64,000 nucleotides of DNA from Eledone cirrhosa (Eukaryota): contig OZ024748.1 in the NCBI GenBank assembly GCA_964016885.1, forward strand, positions 19,158,001 to 19,222,000. Reading direction: 5' to 3'. This document shows, piece by piece, positions 59,170-64,000 of the stretch (positions within the stretch are counted from its first letter, which is position 1; each line of letters opens with the position of its first letter). Below the pieces are notes generated by a model. The model was not told where the DNA came from, did no database searches, and worked only from the letters and a program-made list of their open reading frames with translations. The translations under genes and the position numbers were made by a program.

Positions 59170-59393
59170 TGTTTCACTTGTTGTTATAGCTGTTGTTGTT
59201 GTTGTTTTTTATGTTGTTGTTGTTGTTAAGGTGTTGTTGTTGTTGTTTTTGATGTTGTTGTTGTTGTTATAGCTGTGGTTGTTGTTATTTTTTATGTTGT
59301 TGTTGTTGTTAAGCTGTTGTTGTTGTTGTTTTTGATGTTGTTGTTGTTATTTAAATGTTGTTGATGTTGTTGTTAGAGCTGTTGTTGTTATCT

Positions 59394-59443
<50 letters not shown>

Positions 59444-60385
59444 AAGCTGTTGTTATTTTTGATGTTGTTGTTGTTGTTAAGCTGTTGTTAAGCTGTTATT
59501 TTATATGTTGTTGTTAAGCTGTTGTTATTTTTGATGTTGTTCTTGTTGTTATTTAAATGTTGTTGATGTTGTTAGAGCTGTTGTTTTTGTTGTTTTTGTT
59601 GTTTTTGTTGTTGTTGTTGTTATTTAAATGTTGTTGATGTTGTTGTTAGAGCTGTTGTTATTATTTTTGATGTTGTTGTGGTTGTTGTTGTTATAGCTGT
59701 TGCTATTAGTGGTTGTGATGGTGGTGGCGCAGTTGTTGGTGTTGTTGGTGGTGGTTGTGATGGTGGTGGCGCTGTTGTTGGTGTTGTTGTTGTTGTTGGT
59801 GGTTGTGATGGTGGTGGCGCTGTTGTTGGTGCTGTTGTTATTGTTGTTGGTGGTGGTGTTTGTGATGGTAGTGGCGGTGTTGTTGGTGCTGTTGTTATTG
59901 TTGTTGTTGGTGGTGGTGGTTGTGATGGTTGTGATGGTGGTGGCGCTGTTGTTGTTATTATAGTTGTTGTTGTTGTTGTTGGTGGTGGTTGTGATGGTGG
60001 TGGCCTTGCTGTTCTTGTTGTTATTGTTGGTGTTGATGGAGGGGATGTTGTTCTTGTTGGTGGTTGATAATGATGTTGTTATTGCTGCTGTTGTTACACT
60101 GGTGGTTGATAGTGTTGTTGTTGTAGTTAATGTATTTATCTTTGATGCTGTTGTTGTTATTGGTGTTGTTGTTGTTGCTGTTTGTGGTGTTGTTGGTTGT
60201 TGTTGTAGTTAATGAATTTATCTTTGATGCTGTTGTTCTTGTTGTTGTTTGTGGTGTAGTTGGTTGTTGTTGTAGTTAATGTGGTTATCTTTGATGTTGT
60301 TGTTGTTGTTGTTGTTGTTGCTGGTGGTGGTGTTGTTGGTGTTGATGTTTGTGATGTGGTAATGTTGTGGTGGTATTGTTGTTGT
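59170..60385. repeat. (GTT)n/(GGT)n low-complexity tract
   Basis: Direct reading. Confidence 0.93.
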
Positions 60386-60389
60386 TAGT

Positions 60390-61395
60390 GGTGGTATTGT
60401 TGGTAGTGTAAGTGTTGTTGTTGGTAGTGTAAGTGTTGTTGTTGTTAGTGTAAGTGTTGTTGTTGGCAGTGTAAGTGTTGTTGTTGGTAGTGTAAGTTTT
60501 GTTGTTGGCAGTGTAAGTGTTGTTGTTGGTAGAGTAAGTTTTGTTGTTGGTAGTGTAAGTGGTGTTGTTGGTAGTGTAAGAGTTGTTGTTGGTAGTGTAA
60601 GTGTTGTTGTTAGTGTAAGTAGTGTTGTTGACAGTGTAAGTGTTGTTGTTGGTAGTGTAAGTTTTGTTGTTGGTAGTGTAAGTGGTGTTGTTGGTAGTGT
60701 AAGTGTTGTTGTTGGTGTAAGTGGTGTTGTTGGTAGTGTAAGTTTTGTTGTTGGTAGAGTAAGTTTTGTTGTTGGTAGTGTAAGTTTTGTTGTTGGTAGT
60801 GTAAGAGTTGTTGTTGGTAGTGTAAGTGGTGTTGTTGGTAGTGTAAGTGTTGTTGTTGGTGTAAGTGGTGTTGTTGGTAGTGTAAGTTTTGTTGTTGGTA
60901 GAGTAAGTTTTGTTGTTGGTAGAGTAAGTTTTGTTGTTGGTAGTGTAAGTTTTGTTGTTGGTAGTGTAAGAGTTGTTGTTGGTAGTGTAAGTGTTGTTGT
61001 TAGTGTAAGTAGTGTTGTTGACGGTGTAAGTGTTGTTGTTGTTAGTGTAAGTGTTGTTGTTGGTAGTGTAAGTGTTGTTGTTGGTAGTGTAAGTGTTGTT
61101 GTTGGTGTAAGTGGTATTGTTGGTAGTGTAAGTGGTGTTGTTGGTAGTGTAAGAGTTGTTGTTGGTAGTGTAAGTGTTGTTGTTGGTAGTGTAAGTGTTG
61201 TTGTTGGTGTAAGTGGTATTGTTGGTAATGTAAGTGTTGTTGTTGGTGTAAGTGGTGTTGTTGGTAGTGTAAGTGGTGTTGTTGGTAGTGTAAGTGTTGT
61301 TGTTGGTAGTGTAAGTGGTGTTGTTGGTAGTGTAAGTGTTGTTGTTGGTGTAAGTGGTATTGTTGGTAATGTAAGTGGTGTTGTTGGTAGTGAAG
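60390..61395. repeat. 18/21-bp minisatellite (gtaagtgttgttgttggtagt and variants)
   Basis: gtaag recurs every 18-24 bp. Confidence 0.93.
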
Positions 61396-61693
61396 TTCTT
61401 GTTATTGTTGTTATTGTTGTTATTTAACTGTGATATGCCCCTACTTGCTAGTGGTTGCGCTTCTCCTCTTCCCCGCATATACTTCTCTAACACCAGACGT
61501 TTCCTGAGCCCACACCCACCCCATCAATACTATATATAGTTTTGTCTGGTTCTATACTTCAGCATAGAGAAGCGGGTGGCCTAGCACCCTGCGGTGTATA
61601 TAAGTCTAGCAGTTTATTATATATTTATATATCGGTTATTTATGAGCTGGGCGTGTGCAGTTGCATATATGAATATATGTATATGTATATCTA

Positions 61694-61821
<128 letters not shown>

Positions 61822-61832
61822 CATACACACAC

Positions 61833-61920
<88 letters not shown>

Positions 61921-62047
61921 TATATACATATATATATATCTATCCATACACACACAGTGCTGATCTACCCATCTATTCTCTCCCCCTCTCTCTCTCTCTT
62001 TATATATATATATATATATACACATATATATACATATATATAATATA

Positions 62048-62110
<63 letters not shown>

Positions 62111-62163
62111 TGTATATATATACATATATATATAATATATATGTATATATATATATATATGTA

Positions 62164-62216
<53 letters not shown>

Positions 62217-62351
62217 AAATATGTATATATATACATATATATATAATATATATGTATATATATGTACTTATATATGTATGTATATATATATATATATGTA
62301 TATGTGTATATATATTATATTATATGTCACAACTGGTGGTCTATTGAGAAT

Positions 62352-62556
62352 GGCTTTCGTGGATTGAACATTTTACTCTCAAGCAACCAATTAAGTTAAA
62401 CCCCTGGTAATCTACGACGAATTTTTTTATAAGCACAAAATGTAGACACCATCCCCAGGCCGAGGTATCCGTACTTCTCTGTACTGTTTCAGAAAGGAGG
62501 GATAAACATGCCAATCTATGTTTAGAATCCCGAGGAACGCCGGGCCATTCTGCTAG
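62352..62556 (+). mobile_element. Helitron-like 3' end
   Basis: GC hairpin cccgaggaacgccggg, 8 nt, then CTAG followed by T. Confidence 0.5.
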
Positions 62557-62721
62557 TATTATATTATATATCACAACTGGTGGTCTATTGAGAATACAGT
62601 ATATATACAGTATATCTGTGCCAAGAGATATGACGAATCCTCCTGTATGTGATATGATATTTCCAGAAATCGCCAGCTGCAAAAAATGACACACACAAAA
62701 TAACACACACACACACGTACA

Positions 62722-62834
<113 letters not shown>

Positions 62835-63034
62835 ACACACACAATCACACACACGTACAGACACACGCACACATACGCACACACACACAATCACACACAC
62901 GTACAGACACACGCACACACACACACACACACATACACACACACACACAAACACAGCACACCCACGTACAGACACACACACCCACACACACGCAGACACA
63001 CAAACACACAAACACACACACACAGACACACACG

Positions 63035-63067
<33 letters not shown>

Positions 63068-63287
63068 GTATATATTTAAGTATAAAGAATGTGCTCAAGC
63101 GCAGAAGAACTATAAAGATAGCTTATATAAAATAGCGTGAAGAACCTTAAATGACGGAAAAAGAAATTGCCAACGGCCTCCGTATCTGGAATATACTGGT
63201 TCATTTCCTCGTTGCGGCTATTTGCAATTTCATTTTCCTTCTTTTTAGCTTTTCACTCTCTGTTATATAAGCTATCTTTATACCTCT

Positions 63288-64000
63288 TCAAGGACGAACT
63301 GGCCAGCCTGTTCGGTAGGACTTTCGGCCCGGGACCAATGGACAACTTCCAGAAGTCACTAGCCTGGCAGTGCTACCGGGGGGGGGGGCTCTACCCGTTC
63401 GAGAGAGGCTCTACAGACACGGGCGCCCGGGCAGGGATCCCTCAAAAAAGATTTGCCCTAGATGCGTGCGCCACGAAGAAACCGTTGCGCACGCATTGGT
63501 GCAATGTCCGGGCGTGGCTGATCTGTGGGGCTACGCCGAACGACTGCTGTCGCGGGTGGCGCCGATTCAGTTGACCGCCGAGTCCGTGATGACAATCAAA
63601 CCGCCTCCCCTCTTCACAAAGGAAGCAAAGGCGGTTTTTCTGTGCGTAATAGCCATGTTGAAAGAGATGTTTGGTGGACACGATTGAAAGGTCTGAGGTC
63701 AGGCAACTTCCTCTCTGGCCATAGTCTGGTCTACTTCTTCCGATATCACTTCGGAAGAAGGATAAGAATGGAGAGAGAGGTGCTTGGCCACAGGCAGTTT
63801 TATGAAAGGTGGGTGATAGTGGCGAGAATGGCTCGTGTAAATGGGCCTTCTCTGTATACCATCCTGTAGGTAAAGAAGTAAAGGAGAGGGGAGCACTTTC
63901 TCCATGTGCTCCCCGGGCAAAGGATTGCACACTTTTTCGGGGGTGTGTGCAACCCCCATCACGTCCCCTCCCTTTTGAGGTTATTTTCGATTATTTTCAT
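63288..64000 (+). mobile_element. 5'-truncated Tx1/L1-like LINE: ORF2 C-terminus with CCHC zinc finger (frameshifted, stop at 63869) and 3' UTR
   Basis: AWQCYRG/ALPVRERLYRHG...CPRC...EETVAHALVQC...LW...VWWTR, a zf-RVT pattern; frameshifts at the G-run (~63380) and ~63670. Confidence 0.85.

Overview
AT-rich, microsatellite-saturated eukaryotic DNA. The SINE families and repeat landscape resemble an octopod cephalopod genome (inference from recalled SINE motifs, not from a search). Almost all ORFs in the supplied track are artefacts of (TA)n, (CA)n, (GA)n or triplet repeats. The window holds: (i) three large satellites (47/35-bp at 3.3-8.9 kb, interleaved with SINE tRNA heads; 126-bp SINE-derived at 39.1-41.8 kb; two-domain 32-bp at 43.2-45.1 kb) plus smaller minisatellites; (ii) about 20 tRNA-derived SINE copies; (iii) 5'-truncated non-LTR retrotransposon relics of RTE, R4/Dong-like, CRE-like and Tx1/L1-like type, some nested and with clear target-site duplications; (iv) at least six distinct families of short, mostly inverted-repeat elements, mostly in or beside (TA)n tracts, carrying minimal type-I hammerhead ribozyme folds (Penelope-like pseudo-LTR relics), several with non-canonical cores; (v) a tentative plus-strand host gene of phase-compatible micro-exons spread over about 58 kb. 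No CRISPR array, rRNA or genuine tRNA gene is supported.
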